DNA of 64,000 bases from Clostridia bacterium (GTDB lineage: Bacteria; Bacillota; Clostridia; Oscillospirales; CAG-272), in contig JAFRQK010000008.1 in the NCBI GenBank assembly GCA_017428635.1, positions 1,410-65,409 on the forward strand. The letters run 5' to 3'. Made by a program: the position numbers and the translations under genes. Every line of letters begins with the position of its first letter. Within the stretch, counting starts at the first letter, position 1. The notes beneath the pieces are model-generated. The model made no database searches. It was given only the letters and a program-made list of their open reading frames with translations, and was not told the DNA's origin. Shown here piece after piece: positions 9,656 through 19,027 of this stretch.

Positions 9656-10258
9656 ATGAAAATAAACGTCAACAACGCCTCGCTCAAAACGACGGCGGGC
9701 AGACCGGACCAGTTTCCCCGCGATCCGCGGCCTCAGGTCGCGTTTTCGGGACGGTCGAACGTCGGAAAAAGTTCGCTGATCAATTCCCTTCTGAGGCGGA
9801 AGTCGCTCGCACGGACGAGCGCGTCGCCCGGAAAAACCATAACCGTCAACTTTTACGACGTGGACGGAAAGCTTTTCCTCGTCGATCTTCCGGGATACGG
9901 ATTTGCAAAAAGATCCGCGGAGGACAAAAGGAGATGGTCGTCGCTGACCGACGGATATTTCACGAAGAATCCGAATATCGACCTGCTCAAACTCGTCGTT
10001 CAGCTCGTCGACAGCCGTATCGGCCCGACGAAGGACGATCTCGACATGCTCGCGTTCATGGGAGAGTACGGGATCCCTCACATCATCGTCGCGACGAAAT
10101 CGGACAAGCTGAACGCTACGGACAAAAAGAAGATAATCGAGCAACTTGAAAACGAACCGCTCTGCGCGAAAGCCGAAGGCGTCGTTCTCTACTCCGCTGC
10201 GTCACATACGGGACGGGACGACGTTTGGGGCCTGATCGCGGAAGCGTGCGGACTGTAA
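9656..10258 (+). CDS. engB: Ribosome-biogenesis GTPase EngB/YsxC
   Basis: G1 motif GRSNVGKSSLIN, DLPGYGF, TKSDK. Same lon-ysxC gene order as in Bacillus. Confidence 0.9.
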   Translation: MKINVNNASLKTTAGRPDQFPRDPRPQVAFSGRSNVGKSSLINSLLRRKSLARTSASPGKTITVNFYDVDGKLFLVDLPGYGFAKRSAEDKRRWSSLTDGYFTKNPNIDLLKLVVQLVDSRIGPTKDDLDMLAFMGEYGIPHIIVATKSDKLNATDKKKIIEQLENEPLCAKAEGVVLYSAASHTGRDDVWGLIAEACGL

Positions 10259-10272
10259 ACCGGGAGATAACC

Positions 10273-11571
10273 ATGATACTTCACGATTCATTCGATATAA
10301 ACGAAAAAGGCCGACTTACGGTCGCGGGATACGACGCCGTCGAACTTGCCGGTAGATTCGGGACCCCCGCATTTATTATCGACGAGGGCAAGATCCGTTC
10401 CGTTTGCCGCGAATACCGTTCCGCCTTTTCCGAGTTTTTCGGAGGCGGATCGCGCCCCGTATACGCCGGAAAAGCGCTTTGCTTCACCGGACTGTACCGC
10501 GTCATGCGAGAGGAAGGTATGGCTGCCGACTGCGTGTCGTCAGGCGAGATAGCAACGGCGCTCAAAGCCGGATTCCCGATGGAAAACGTCTTTTTTCACG
10601 GAAACAACAAGACGGACGACGATATAAGATACGCGATCGCTTCGGGCGTCGGTTATTTCGTCGCGGACGGTGAGGAAGAACTTTACGCCGTTGACCGCGA
10701 GGCAAAAGCCGCCGGGGTGAAACAGAAGATCCTTCTGCGGATCACTCCCGGTATCGATCCTCACACCCACAAAAAGATCATAACCGGCAACGTCGATTCA
10801 AAATTCGGATCGGCGATCGCGACCGGACGAGCCGCTGAGGTCACCGCGCTCGCCCTGTCGCTTGACAATATCGAGCTTTCCGGTTTTCACTGCCATATCG
10901 GCTCTCAGATCTTCGAGCCCGATCCTTTCTGCGACGCCGCGTCGATCATGATGAGATTCATCGCGGAAATGAAAAAAGCTCACGGTTATACGGCTTCGAT
11001 CCTCAATCTCGGCGGCGGATTCGGCGTCAGATACACCGAGGACGATCCCGAGATCTCATACAGGGATAATATAAAAACGATCGCGGAGGTGATAAAGGAC
11101 TCGGCAAAGAGATATATGATCGATCAGCCCGACGTTCTCATGGAACCCGGCCGTTCGATCGTCGCCGCCGCGGGAGCCACGCTTTACACCGTGGGATCGG
11201 TCAAGGAGATCCCCGGATTCCGCAATTACGTTTCGATAGACGGCGGAATGACCGACAACCCGAGATACACTCTTTACGGATCCAAATACACCGTCGTAAA
11301 CGCCTCGCGCGCTTCCCTTCCCGCTGATTTCGAGATCACGCTCGCCGGTCGGTGCTGTGAGAGCGGCGACCTCATCGCAGAGGGAGTCAGGATAGCAAAA
11401 CCTGAAAGAGGCGATATCGTCGCCGTGCTCGTCACGGGCGCTTATAACTACTCGATGGCGTCGAATTACAACCGCGTTCCGCGTCCGCCTGTCATAATGA
11501 TCGGAGAAGACGGACCGCGCGTCGCCGTCAGACGTGAAACGCGCGAGGATATAACGGCTCTCGACGAATAA
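10273..11571 (+). CDS. lysA: Diaminopimelate decarboxylase
   Basis: PLP fold-III decarboxylase pattern (YAGKA, HCHIGSQ, GGGFGV, CESGD). Start moved to ATG 10273, preceded by GGGAGA, because the listed 10225 start overlaps engB. Confidence 0.9.
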   Translation: MILHDSFDINEKGRLTVAGYDAVELAGRFGTPAFIIDEGKIRSVCREYRSAFSEFFGGGSRPVYAGKALCFTGLYRVMREEGMAADCVSSGEIATALKAGFPMENVFFHGNNKTDDDIRYAIASGVGYFVADGEEELYAVDREAKAAGVKQKILLRITPGIDPHTHKKIITGNVDSKFGSAIATGRAAEVTALALSLDNIELSGFHCHIGSQIFEPDPFCDAASIMMRFIAEMKKAHGYTASILNLGGGFGVRYTEDDPEISYRDNIKTIAEVIKDSAKRYMIDQPDVLMEPGRSIVAAAGATLYTVGSVKEIPGFRNYVSIDGGMTDNPRYTLYGSKYTVVNASRASLPADFEITLAGRCCESGDLIAEGVRIAKPERGDIVAVLVTGAYNYSMASNYNRVPRPPVIMIGEDGPRVAVRRETREDITALDE

Positions 11572-11589
11572 ACAGCCCAGGAGATCAAC

Positions 11590-12288
11590 ATGAATTTTCT
11601 TGAGAGATTATTCGGGATAGACCTGAAAACGTTTCTTCTGTCACTCCCGATCATACTCATCGCCCTTGTGGTTCACGAGGTCAGCCACGGATATATCGCG
11701 ATGAAACTCGGGGACCCGACCGCGAGAAATCTCGGCAGGCTCACCCTGAATCCGCTTAAGCATCTCGATCCGATCGGCACCGTCTGTATGGTTTTATTCC
11801 ATTTCGGATGGGCAAAACCCGTGCCGGTCAACACGAGGTATTTCAAAAAGCCGAAGCGCGACATGGCGCTGACGGCGCTCGCCGGTCCCGTGTCGAATTT
11901 CATCCTCGGTTTTTTCGGCGTTCTCGTTTACCGGATACTGTACGCAATATTTATGAAGGTCGCGGGACCCGCGACGTCTGACCTCGCGATAAACGTAATG
12001 AGCACTACGCTCCAATTCTTTTATATGTTCGGAGTCCTGAACGTTTCTCTCGGGGTGTTCAACCTGATACCGATCCCTCCGCTTGACGGATCGCGTATCC
12101 TACTCGTTTTTCTACCGACGAAAGCGTATTTCGCCGTTATGAAATACGAGAGATACATCATGATAGGCTTTTTCGTCCTTCTGTTCGTCGGCAGGCGCGT
12201 CGGCTTTATCTTCTCGCCGATCAGCACACTCGTCGGATGGGTGATAGACGGCATGGGATGGCTGATAGGACTGATACCCGGCCTGTAA
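11590..12288 (+). CDS. M50-family (site-2 protease-like) membrane zinc metalloprotease
   Basis: HEVSH zinc motif inside the first TM segment. Multi-pass hydrophobic profile. LIPIPPLDGS motif. Confidence 0.75.
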   Translation: MNFLERLFGIDLKTFLLSLPIILIALVVHEVSHGYIAMKLGDPTARNLGRLTLNPLKHLDPIGTVCMVLFHFGWAKPVPVNTRYFKKPKRDMALTALAGPVSNFILGFFGVLVYRILYAIFMKVAGPATSDLAINVMSTTLQFFYMFGVLNVSLGVFNLIPIPPLDGSRILLVFLPTKAYFAVMKYERYIMIGFFVLLFVGRRVGFIFSPISTLVGWVIDGMGWLIGLIPGL

Positions 12289-12319
12289 CCTCAACAACTT
12301 TTAATGCGGGAGCCGCGAT

Positions 12320-13102
12320 ATGGAAGCAATCAGTTATAAACTCGATCAGTTCGAGGGTCCTCTCGACCTGCTCCTGACCCTTATCTCAAAAAACAAAATA
12401 GATATCTACGACATCCCGATCTCGCTCCTTTGCGATCAGTACATGGAGTATATCACGGCGGATGAAAACGCGGATCTCGACTCGTCTTCCGAGTTTCTTC
12501 TGATGGCGAGCGAACTGATGCTGATCAAGAGCCGTATGCTCCTGCCCAAAGACGAGGAGGCCGAGGATCCGAGAGCCGCTCTCGTCGAGGCGATGCTCGA
12601 ATACAAACGGGCGAAGGAAGCGGCCGAAAAGATGAGCCCGCTGTACTCCACGTACTGTTACCGAATGATAAAGGAACAGGACGAGATCTCGGTCGACAGA
12701 AAATACGTCGCGGTTCACGACGCCACGCTCCTTCAGGCTGCTTTCATCAAAGCGCTGCGCGAGGCTCCGATCAACGACGAGGACGCGAAGGTCAAATTCG
12801 AGCCTATCGTCGCGCATCCGAGAGTCACCGTCGTCGAAGCCGCGACGACGCTGATCTCAAAATTCAAAGAAAAGAAGAAGATATATCTTGACGACTATTT
12901 CGCCTCGAAGTCACGCTCCGAACTGATCGCTAAATTCATGGCGATCCTCGAGATGCTCAAAAGCGGACTGCTCAACATAAACCTCGATTCCGCCGAAGAA
13001 GAGGACGGAGTCGTGAACGCTTCCTCGCATATATCAGTCACTCTCAGGAAGAGCGCGGACAAAGAGGAGATCATGAAACTGTTTACCGAAGCGGAAGAAT
13101 AA
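12320..13102 (+). CDS. scpA: Segregation and condensation protein A
   Basis: N-terminal FEGPLDLLLTLISKNKIDIYDIPI signature of ScpA. Followed directly by scpB. Confidence 0.85.
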   Translation: MEAISYKLDQFEGPLDLLLTLISKNKIDIYDIPISLLCDQYMEYITADENADLDSSSEFLLMASELMLIKSRMLLPKDEEAEDPRAALVEAMLEYKRAKEAAEKMSPLYSTYCYRMIKEQDEISVDRKYVAVHDATLLQAAFIKALREAPINDEDAKVKFEPIVAHPRVTVVEAATTLISKFKEKKKIYLDDYFASKSRSELIAKFMAILEMLKSGLLNINLDSAEEEDGVVNASSHISVTLRKSADKEEIMKLFTEAEE

Positions 13103-13129
13103 AACGTTTTGTTTGATAAAGGATACGAT

Positions 13130-13831
13130 ATGGACAACGAGATAATCGAAGAGATCAGAGAAGAAGAAAAAACCGAAGCGCCGGAAAAGAAAGGCGCGGA
13201 ACCGCGGCCCGATCTGTCGGGCGACGTTCCGCGCTGCAGAAGGATAATCGAAGCGATCCTTTTCGCCGCCGGGCATCCAATGGAATATACGAAGCTCGCC
13301 GATACGCTCGGAACGACACCGGGCAACGTCAGAAAGATCGTTTCGGATTACGCTGCCGATTACAACTCCGACGGCACTCCGGAACGCGGCGTAATGCTTG
13401 TGACGTATCCCGACGCGTGCCAGCTTTGCACTAAGGAAGAATACGGTCTGCTCGTGAGATACGCGCTCGGGATAAGACGCGGCGGCAATCTATCCGCTTC
13501 GTCGCTTGAAGTCCTCGCTATCGTCGCGTACAACCAGCCTGTGACACGCGCGTTCGTCGACACGGTCAGAGGCGTCGATTCGAGTTACACGGTCTCCTCG
13601 CTCGTTGAGAAGAACCTCATCGAATCGTGCGGAAAGCTCGACGTTCCCGGTCATCCGCACGTGTACAGAACGACCGACGATTTTCTCCGCGTGTTCGGTC
13701 TCTCGTCTCTGGATGATCTTCCCGAAGTTCCGAGAGAGGAACCCGCCCCTGAAATGGGAGCGGATGTTATCTCCGACGAGGCGCAAAGCGGCAAAGATGA
13801 AGCCGAAACCGGCGGAGAGCCGGCGGAATGA
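13130..13831 (+). CDS. scpB: Segregation and condensation protein B
   Basis: IEAILFAAGHPM and LEVLAIVAYNQPVTRAFVDTVRGV winged-helix motifs. ATG 13130 with AAAGGA RBS preferred over the listed TTG at 13109. Confidence 0.85.
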   Translation: MDNEIIEEIREEEKTEAPEKKGAEPRPDLSGDVPRCRRIIEAILFAAGHPMEYTKLADTLGTTPGNVRKIVSDYAADYNSDGTPERGVMLVTYPDACQLCTKEEYGLLVRYALGIRRGGNLSASSLEVLAIVAYNQPVTRAFVDTVRGVDSSYTVSSLVEKNLIESCGKLDVPGHPHVYRTTDDFLRVFGLSSLDDLPEVPREEPAPEMGADVISDEAQSGKDEAETGGEPAE

Positions 13832-14487
13832 TGGTCGGTTGGATCATAGCGGGCTGCGTTCTGTTTCTGATCCTGCTGCTTCTCTTCTCCGTCGCCAAAG
13901 CCGAGATCAGATCCGACGGAACGCTGAGCCTCAAAGCGGGAATCGGGGTCATAATGATCCGGATCCTCCCGAAAAAAGAGAAGAAGCCGCCGAAGATCTC
14001 TTCTTTTTCACAAAAAAAGTATCTCAGAAAAATGAAGCGACAGGAAGAGAAAGCGAAAAAGAAAGAAGCGAAAAAGGCGCGCGGGAAGACAGAAAAAGAA
14101 AAGGCGGAAAAGAAGGAAAAACCGAAGAAATCCTTTTCCGAGAAATTCGACGAAGTAAAGAAACTGCTATCCGTCATCGTCGAGACCGCCGGAAAATACT
14201 CCAAGAAACTTCGTATCGCCATCAACGGTTTCAGGATCTCCGTCGGAGCGGAAGAAGCGTCCGACGTCGCGCTGAGGTACGGTGCTATAAGTCAAAGCGT
14301 ATCCTATCTGCTTGAGTTTTTAGACGTCAATACCGACCTGACCGTGAAGGAAGGCGCCGTCGACGTTACCGCCGACTTTATAAGCGGGAAATTCGATCTG
14401 TTCGCCGACGTCTCCGTCGGTATAAGAGTGATCAACGTTTTGAGGATCGGGTTATCGGTCCTTGTTAAGAAAATAAAGAAAGGCTGA
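13828..14487 (+). CDS. DUF2953-like membrane protein (YtfI-like), Lys-rich linker
   Basis: N-terminal TM segment and a K/E-rich low-complexity stretch. Positioned just upstream of ytfJ, as is common in sporeformers. ATGA overlap with scpB. Confidence 0.5.
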   Translation: MMVGWIIAGCVLFLILLLLFSVAKAEIRSDGTLSLKAGIGVIMIRILPKKEKKPPKISSFSQKKYLRKMKRQEEKAKKKEAKKARGKTEKEKAEKKEKPKKSFSEKFDEVKKLLSVIVETAGKYSKKLRIAINGFRISVGAEEASDVALRYGAISQSVSYLLEFLDVNTDLTVKEGAVDVTADFISGKFDLFADVSVGIRVINVLRIGLSVLVKKIKKG

Positions 14488-14506
14488 GTCCAGAAAGGGA
14501 AAGAAA

Positions 14507-14935
14507 ATGGAAGAAAGCAACAAATTGAGAGAAATGATCGACGCGTCCCTCTCCAATATCAAAACAATGCTCGACGCAAACACTATAATCGGCGATCCCA
14601 TAGTAACGGATTCGGGTACAACGCTCATTCCGGTTTCGAAGATCTCCGTAGGATACGTCTCGGGCGGTCTTGATTACAATAAAAAGAAGGGCGAAAAGGA
14701 TCAGGATAAGAACGTTCCCGCGAATTTCGGAGGAGGCGGCGGAACGGGTATTTCCGTTTCTCCCGTTGCATTCATCGTCATCAGTCCCGAAGGAAAAGCG
14801 GAAATGCTGAACATAGCCGCAGCTTCTTCTACGGACGCCGCGTCCCAGATAGTCAATCTCGTCGACCGTTCACCCGAGATCATCGAAAAAATCAAAGGCA
14901 TCTTCAAGAAAAAGGACAAAGATAATACAAAATAA
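14507..14935 (+). CDS. ytfJ: Sporulation protein YtfJ (GerW family)
   Basis: TIIGDPIVTDSGTTLIPVSKISVGYVSGG and FGGGGGTG motifs are typical of YtfJ/GerW. Confidence 0.8.
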   Translation: MEESNKLREMIDASLSNIKTMLDANTIIGDPIVTDSGTTLIPVSKISVGYVSGGLDYNKKKGEKDQDKNVPANFGGGGGTGISVSPVAFIVISPEGKAEMLNIAAASSTDAASQIVNLVDRSPEIIEKIKGIFKKKDKDNTK

Positions 14936-15028
14936 CCGTTTTTTCTCCGCTCCGACGAGCGTATCGTTCCGCGCCGTCGGATGAATCATAAACCGTGACT
15001 GATTTTATTATGTGAGGTCACGGGTAAA

Positions 15029-16165
15029 ATGAAAAAACGGATCCGGGCGATATGCGCCGCCCTTTCGGTTTCCTTTTTGTTCTCATCCGTCTCCGTTCAA
15101 GCGGAGGCGAAAGATGCGGCGCCGCGCGTCTCAGCGGAGAGCGCCGTGCTGATCGAAGCGGACAGCGGCGACGTCGTCTTTGAGGTCGACGCGCGAAAAA
15201 AACTTCCCATGGCGAGCACTACGAAGATCATGACCGCGCTTGTCGCGCTGGACAGCGGCGGCCTCGACGAGCCTTTTCCCGTCCCTATGGAAGCGGTCGG
15301 CGTCGAGGGCTCATCCGTCTATCTGACTGAGGGCGAGACCGTTACGCTTCGTGATCTGCTATGGGCTCTCATGCTTGAAAGCGCAAACGACGCCGCGACG
15401 GCTATCGCTTACCGCGTTGCCGGATCGGTCGCGAAATTCGCCGATCTGATGAACGATAAAGCGAAACGACTCGAACTTTACGAAACTCATTTCACAAATC
15501 CGCACGGTCTGGACGATCCGGAACACTATACGACGGCGTTCGATCTTGCGAAACTTGCTTGCGCCGCGTTACGCGATCCCGAGTTTGAAAAGATCGTTTC
15601 GACGAGATCGACGGTCGCGTTCGGCGAAGGATCCGAGCGAACTCTCGTCAACCATAACAGACTGCTCTTTTCTCTGAACGGAGCGATCGGCGTAAAAACG
15701 GGTTTTACCAAAAGATCAGGCCGATGTCTCGTATCCGCGGTCAGGCGGGACGGCGTTCTCACCGTCGCCGTAACGCTCAACGACCCGAACGACTGGTCGG
15801 ATCACAGAACTATGCACGAATACGGTCAATCCCTTTATCAAAACTTTAACCTCTCCGAACCGGGCACGATAAAAGTCGATCTGGCTGTTATCGGGGGGAC
15901 GGCAAGCCGCGTCAGGTGTTCCTCATGCGACACGTTTTCAGCCGTTCTTAAAAGCGGACAAAAAGCAAAAGTGACCGTGGAAGCGCCGCGTTTCGTCGCC
16001 GCCCCGGTCAGACGCGGCGACGCGCTCGGAAAAGCCGTGTTCACGGCAGGCGGCAAAATTCTGGGTTCCGTTCCGCTTTACGCCGAAAACGACGTTGTGG
16101 AAAGACGGGAAAAACGCACGTTTTTTGAAAAAATACTTGAATTTCTCGGAAAAGCGACCGGATGA
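15029..16165 (+). CDS. D-alanyl-D-alanine carboxypeptidase (S11, DacB/PBP5*-like)
   Basis: Signal peptide. SxxK (ASTTK), SxN (ESANDAA) and KTG (VKTGFT) motifs. Confidence 0.85.
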   Translation: MKKRIRAICAALSVSFLFSSVSVQAEAKDAAPRVSAESAVLIEADSGDVVFEVDARKKLPMASTTKIMTALVALDSGGLDEPFPVPMEAVGVEGSSVYLTEGETVTLRDLLWALMLESANDAATAIAYRVAGSVAKFADLMNDKAKRLELYETHFTNPHGLDDPEHYTTAFDLAKLACAALRDPEFEKIVSTRSTVAFGEGSERTLVNHNRLLFSLNGAIGVKTGFTKRSGRCLVSAVRRDGVLTVAVTLNDPNDWSDHRTMHEYGQSLYQNFNLSEPGTIKVDLAVIGGTASRVRCSSCDTFSAVLKSGQKAKVTVEAPRFVAAPVRRGDALGKAVFTAGGKILGSVPLYAENDVVERREKRTFFEKILEFLGKATG

Positions 16166-16169
16166 TCTG

Positions 16170-16874
16170 ATGGAAGAGATTAGAATACAAAAATATATCG
16201 CCGATTGCGGGGTCGCGTCAAGGCGCGCCGCAGAGGCGCTTGTCGAATCAGGGAAAGTCACCGTAAACGGCGTACGCGCAGTCGTCGGTCAGAAAGTGGT
16301 ACCCGGTTCCGACGAAGTCAGAATAGACGGTAAAAAAGTTGAATTGCCGAACGGCGATAAAACTTACGTTCTTCTCAATAAGCCGGCGGGCGTTCTCTGT
16401 ACCGCAAAAGACGACAGAGGCAGAAAAACCGTCTGCGACCTCGTTGTAATACCCGGGAAGCGTCTTTTCCCCGCAGGACGCCTCGATATGTATTCCGACG
16501 GGCTCATTATTCTCTCCGACGACGGAGAAGTCGTCAACCGGATAACGCATCCGTCGCACGATCTCACCAAAACTTACGTTGCCGAGGTCACGCGCGAAGT
16601 CACCGAAAATGACGTAATATCCATGTCATCGCCTATCGAGATCGACGGAAGAGCTACCTTGCCCGCAGCCGTTACCGTTCTTGAAGGAACTAAACTTGAA
16701 TTCACTATCGGAGAAGGCAGAAACCGGCAGATCAGACGGCTCTGCGAACGCGCCGGGATCAAAATAAAAAAACTCACGAGAGTCCGGATCGGTCAGATCG
16801 CGGACAGCGCCCTGAAACCCGGAAAGTGGAGATATCTTACCGACCGGGAGATCGAATATCTGAAAGGACTTTGA
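16170..16874 (+). CDS. rluB: 23S rRNA pseudouridine synthase (RluB/RsuA family)
   Basis: S4 domain (IRIQKYIADCGVASRR). Catalytic GRLDMYSDGL motif. Start set to ATG 16170, just after the dacB stop. Confidence 0.85.
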   Translation: MEEIRIQKYIADCGVASRRAAEALVESGKVTVNGVRAVVGQKVVPGSDEVRIDGKKVELPNGDKTYVLLNKPAGVLCTAKDDRGRKTVCDLVVIPGKRLFPAGRLDMYSDGLIILSDDGEVVNRITHPSHDLTKTYVAEVTREVTENDVISMSSPIEIDGRATLPAAVTVLEGTKLEFTIGEGRNRQIRRLCERAGIKIKKLTRVRIGQIADSALKPGKWRYLTDREIEYLKGL

Positions 16875-16878
16875 CTTT

Positions 16879-17283
16879 ATGCTCATAGTAAGACCGGTTT
16901 CCGATCCCGACGAATCCGCACGGCTCTGCCTTGAATACGGCAGAACGCCGGGTTCCGACGTTATGGCGTATCATGCCGTCGAAGCCAAAGATCCGGACGA
17001 CGGGTCGCCTGTCTCTCTCGGCCTTTGCCGCTTTACTCTCGCGGACGGAAAGGACGAGATTTTATCGCTTGATTTCGCCGCGGGAACACACGACGCCGAG
17101 GCGATGATCATAACGGCGCGCGCCGTTATGAGTTTCATGCACCGCTGCGGCGTCAAAACCGTTTACGCGTCGGATGATATTCCGGATGAACTTATCGCGC
17201 CGCTCGGATTCGGCATGACCGAAGGCAGATTATCTTTGAACCTGGAAGAGTTTTATAAAAGTCCCTGTCACTACAAGCCGTGA
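16879..17283 (+). CDS. Hypothetical protein (134 aa)
   Basis: ORF tightly packed after rluB with coding-like composition. No family recognised. Confidence 0.45.
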   Translation: MLIVRPVSDPDESARLCLEYGRTPGSDVMAYHAVEAKDPDDGSPVSLGLCRFTLADGKDEILSLDFAAGTHDAEAMIITARAVMSFMHRCGVKTVYASDDIPDELIAPLGFGMTEGRLSLNLEEFYKSPCHYKP

Positions 17284-17299
17284 CCGTTCGGCACGCCTT

Positions 17300-17331
17300 A
17301 TGTCAACCGTTTATCTTTTTTCGGTTGACAT
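17300..17331. promoter_or_regulatory. Candidate BirA operator (ATGTCAACCG-N12-CGGTTGACAT)
   Basis: Perfect 10-bp inverted repeat at 17300-17309 and 17322-17331. It overlaps the -35 of the bioY promoter and resembles the TGT(a/c)AAC...GTT(t/g)ACA BirA boxes of Firmicutes. Confidence 0.6.
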
Positions 17332-17352
17332 TTTTTCTTTTTGTGGTAGAAT
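17325..17352 (+). promoter_or_regulatory. Sigma-A promoter of bioY-birA (TTGACA, 16 nt, TGgTAGAAT)
   Basis: -35 at 17325-17330 and extended -10 ending at 17352, about 34 nt upstream of the bioY ATG. Confidence 0.65.
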
Positions 17353-17385
17353 AAAAACGGAATCAAAGCTAAGGCGTAAAGCAAA

Positions 17386-17964
17386 ATGAAGAAGAAAAAA
17401 TTTCCGATAAGGGAGATCACCGTCATAGCGCAGTTCGCCGCCCTGACAGCCGCCTGCTCATGGCTGCAGATCCCCGTGTTTCCGGTCCCTTTTACGATGC
17501 AGACTTTCGCCGTTTTTTTAACGGTTTACGTGCTCGGCGTCGAAAAGGGATTTTTGTCCGTGGCGGTTTATCTTCTTCTCGGCGCGGCAGGCCTTCCGGT
17601 CTTTTCAAAGTTTCAGGGAGGCGCGGGAGTGATCGCCGGTCCTACAGGAGGATACCTCGTAGGGTTCTTACTGACGACTCTGGCAACCGGGATCCTGCTC
17701 CGTTTATGCCGCGAGAGACCCGTACCCGTTTTTATTTCAATGGCGGCTGGCCTTATCATATGCTACTTTTTCGGGACCGCGTGGTTTATAATCCTCGGTC
17801 GGGCACAAGGAAACTCAATTACTCTCTCCGGCGCCCTTCATGCCGCAGTGCTGCCTTTCGTCATACCGGATACCTTAAAAATCATTCTTGCGATACTCAT
17901 TGGCCGGAAGATAAAACCTGTTTCTGACAAATACCTTAAAAAGCATAAAAATGCGGAGGAATGA
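17386..17964 (+). CDS. bioY: Biotin transporter BioY (ECF S-component)
   Basis: PVPFTMQTFAVFL and GPTGGYLVGF motifs. About six TM segments. Confidence 0.85.
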   Translation: MKKKKFPIREITVIAQFAALTAACSWLQIPVFPVPFTMQTFAVFLTVYVLGVEKGFLSVAVYLLLGAAGLPVFSKFQGGAGVIAGPTGGYLVGFLLTTLATGILLRLCRERPVPVFISMAAGLIICYFFGTAWFIILGRAQGNSITLSGALHAAVLPFVIPDTLKIILAILIGRKIKPVSDKYLKKHKNAEE

Positions 17965-17968
17965 AACT

Positions 17969-18940
17969 ATGGAGATCAGAGACTTTTTTCTTCAGAAACT
18001 AACAGACGCGAAAGGCGGATACGTATCCGGGGAATCCGTGGCGGAAATGATCGGCGTCAGCAGGAACGCCGTCAGCAAGGCCGCCGCGCAGTTGAGGCGC
18101 GAAGGGTTCATAATCGATTCAAGTCCTAAAAAAGGTTACAGGATATCACCCGAAAACCTGATGTGCCCCGGCTGCTGTATCTCCGGATATCTGAAATCCA
18201 CCCCGCCGGCTATCATAACGGAGAATTCCGTGACGTCAACCAATGAAGAGGTCAAGAAACTCGCGCGGGAAGGGGCGCCGGAGGGTCTGCTGCTGACTGC
18301 GGAGGAACAGGTCGCCGGAAAGGGACGAGTCGGTAAAACGTTTTTCTCTCCGCGAGGAACCGGTATATATATGAGTATCCTTCTTTACCCTTTTTTCGCG
18401 GCGGCAGACGCCAAACTCATAACGACCTGCGCCGCCGTTGCCGTGTGCCGCGCGCTCGAACCGATATGCGACAAGCCGGTCAGGATCAAATGGGTCAACG
18501 ACGTTTATTCCGGCTGCAGAAAAGTCTGCGGGATCCTGACCGAGGGTTCTTTTGACGTTGAGAGCGGAACGCTTTCCAAAGCGGTCCTCGGGGTCGGGAT
18601 CAACCTCTTCCCTCCCGAATCGGGTTTCGGAATGCTCACCGGGATCGCGGGAACCGTTCTGAAAGACGCGCGGGACGGGTGGGACGTCAAAGGACGCGTT
18701 ATCGCAGCGGTCTACGATAACTTCATGGAAGAATACCGACGTCTTCCGAAAGCGGAATTCATAGAAGAATATAAAAAAAGATCGTATCTTCCCGGGAAGA
18801 ATATTACGGTATTGAAAAGAGACAGTAACCGGGATGCGATCGCAGTAAAGATCGGAGACGATCTGCGTCTGCTCGTCAGGTATGAAAACGGGGTCGAGGA
18901 ATGGCTCGATTCCGGAGAGGTAAGCATTAAAGCAAAGTAA
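17969..18940 (+). CDS. birA: Bifunctional biotin-protein ligase / biotin operon repressor
   Basis: N-terminal HTH (GESVAEMIGVSRNAVSKAAAQLRREG). Ligase motif GKGRVGKTF and KWVNDV. ATG 17969 with GGAGGA RBS, after the bioY stop. Confidence 0.85.
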   Translation: MEIRDFFLQKLTDAKGGYVSGESVAEMIGVSRNAVSKAAAQLRREGFIIDSSPKKGYRISPENLMCPGCCISGYLKSTPPAIITENSVTSTNEEVKKLAREGAPEGLLLTAEEQVAGKGRVGKTFFSPRGTGIYMSILLYPFFAAADAKLITTCAAVAVCRALEPICDKPVRIKWVNDVYSGCRKVCGILTEGSFDVESGTLSKAVLGVGINLFPPESGFGMLTGIAGTVLKDARDGWDVKGRVIAAVYDNFMEEYRRLPKAEFIEEYKKRSYLPGKNITVLKRDSNRDAIAVKIGDDLRLLVRYENGVEEWLDSGEVSIKAK

Positions 18941-18968
18941 ATATTTATCGCATTTCGATATTTTTTTA

Positions 18969-18997
18969 TTGACTTCCACAGTTTTTCGTGATATAAT
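18969..18997 (+). promoter_or_regulatory. Sigma-A promoter (TTGACT, 17 nt, TGaTATAAT)
   Basis: Read directly from the sequence. Lies upstream of the DUF2975 gene, whose RBS is AAAGGAGG. Confidence 0.6.
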
Positions 18998-19027
18998 GGA
19001 CACAACACGAAAAGGAGGTCATCTTTT

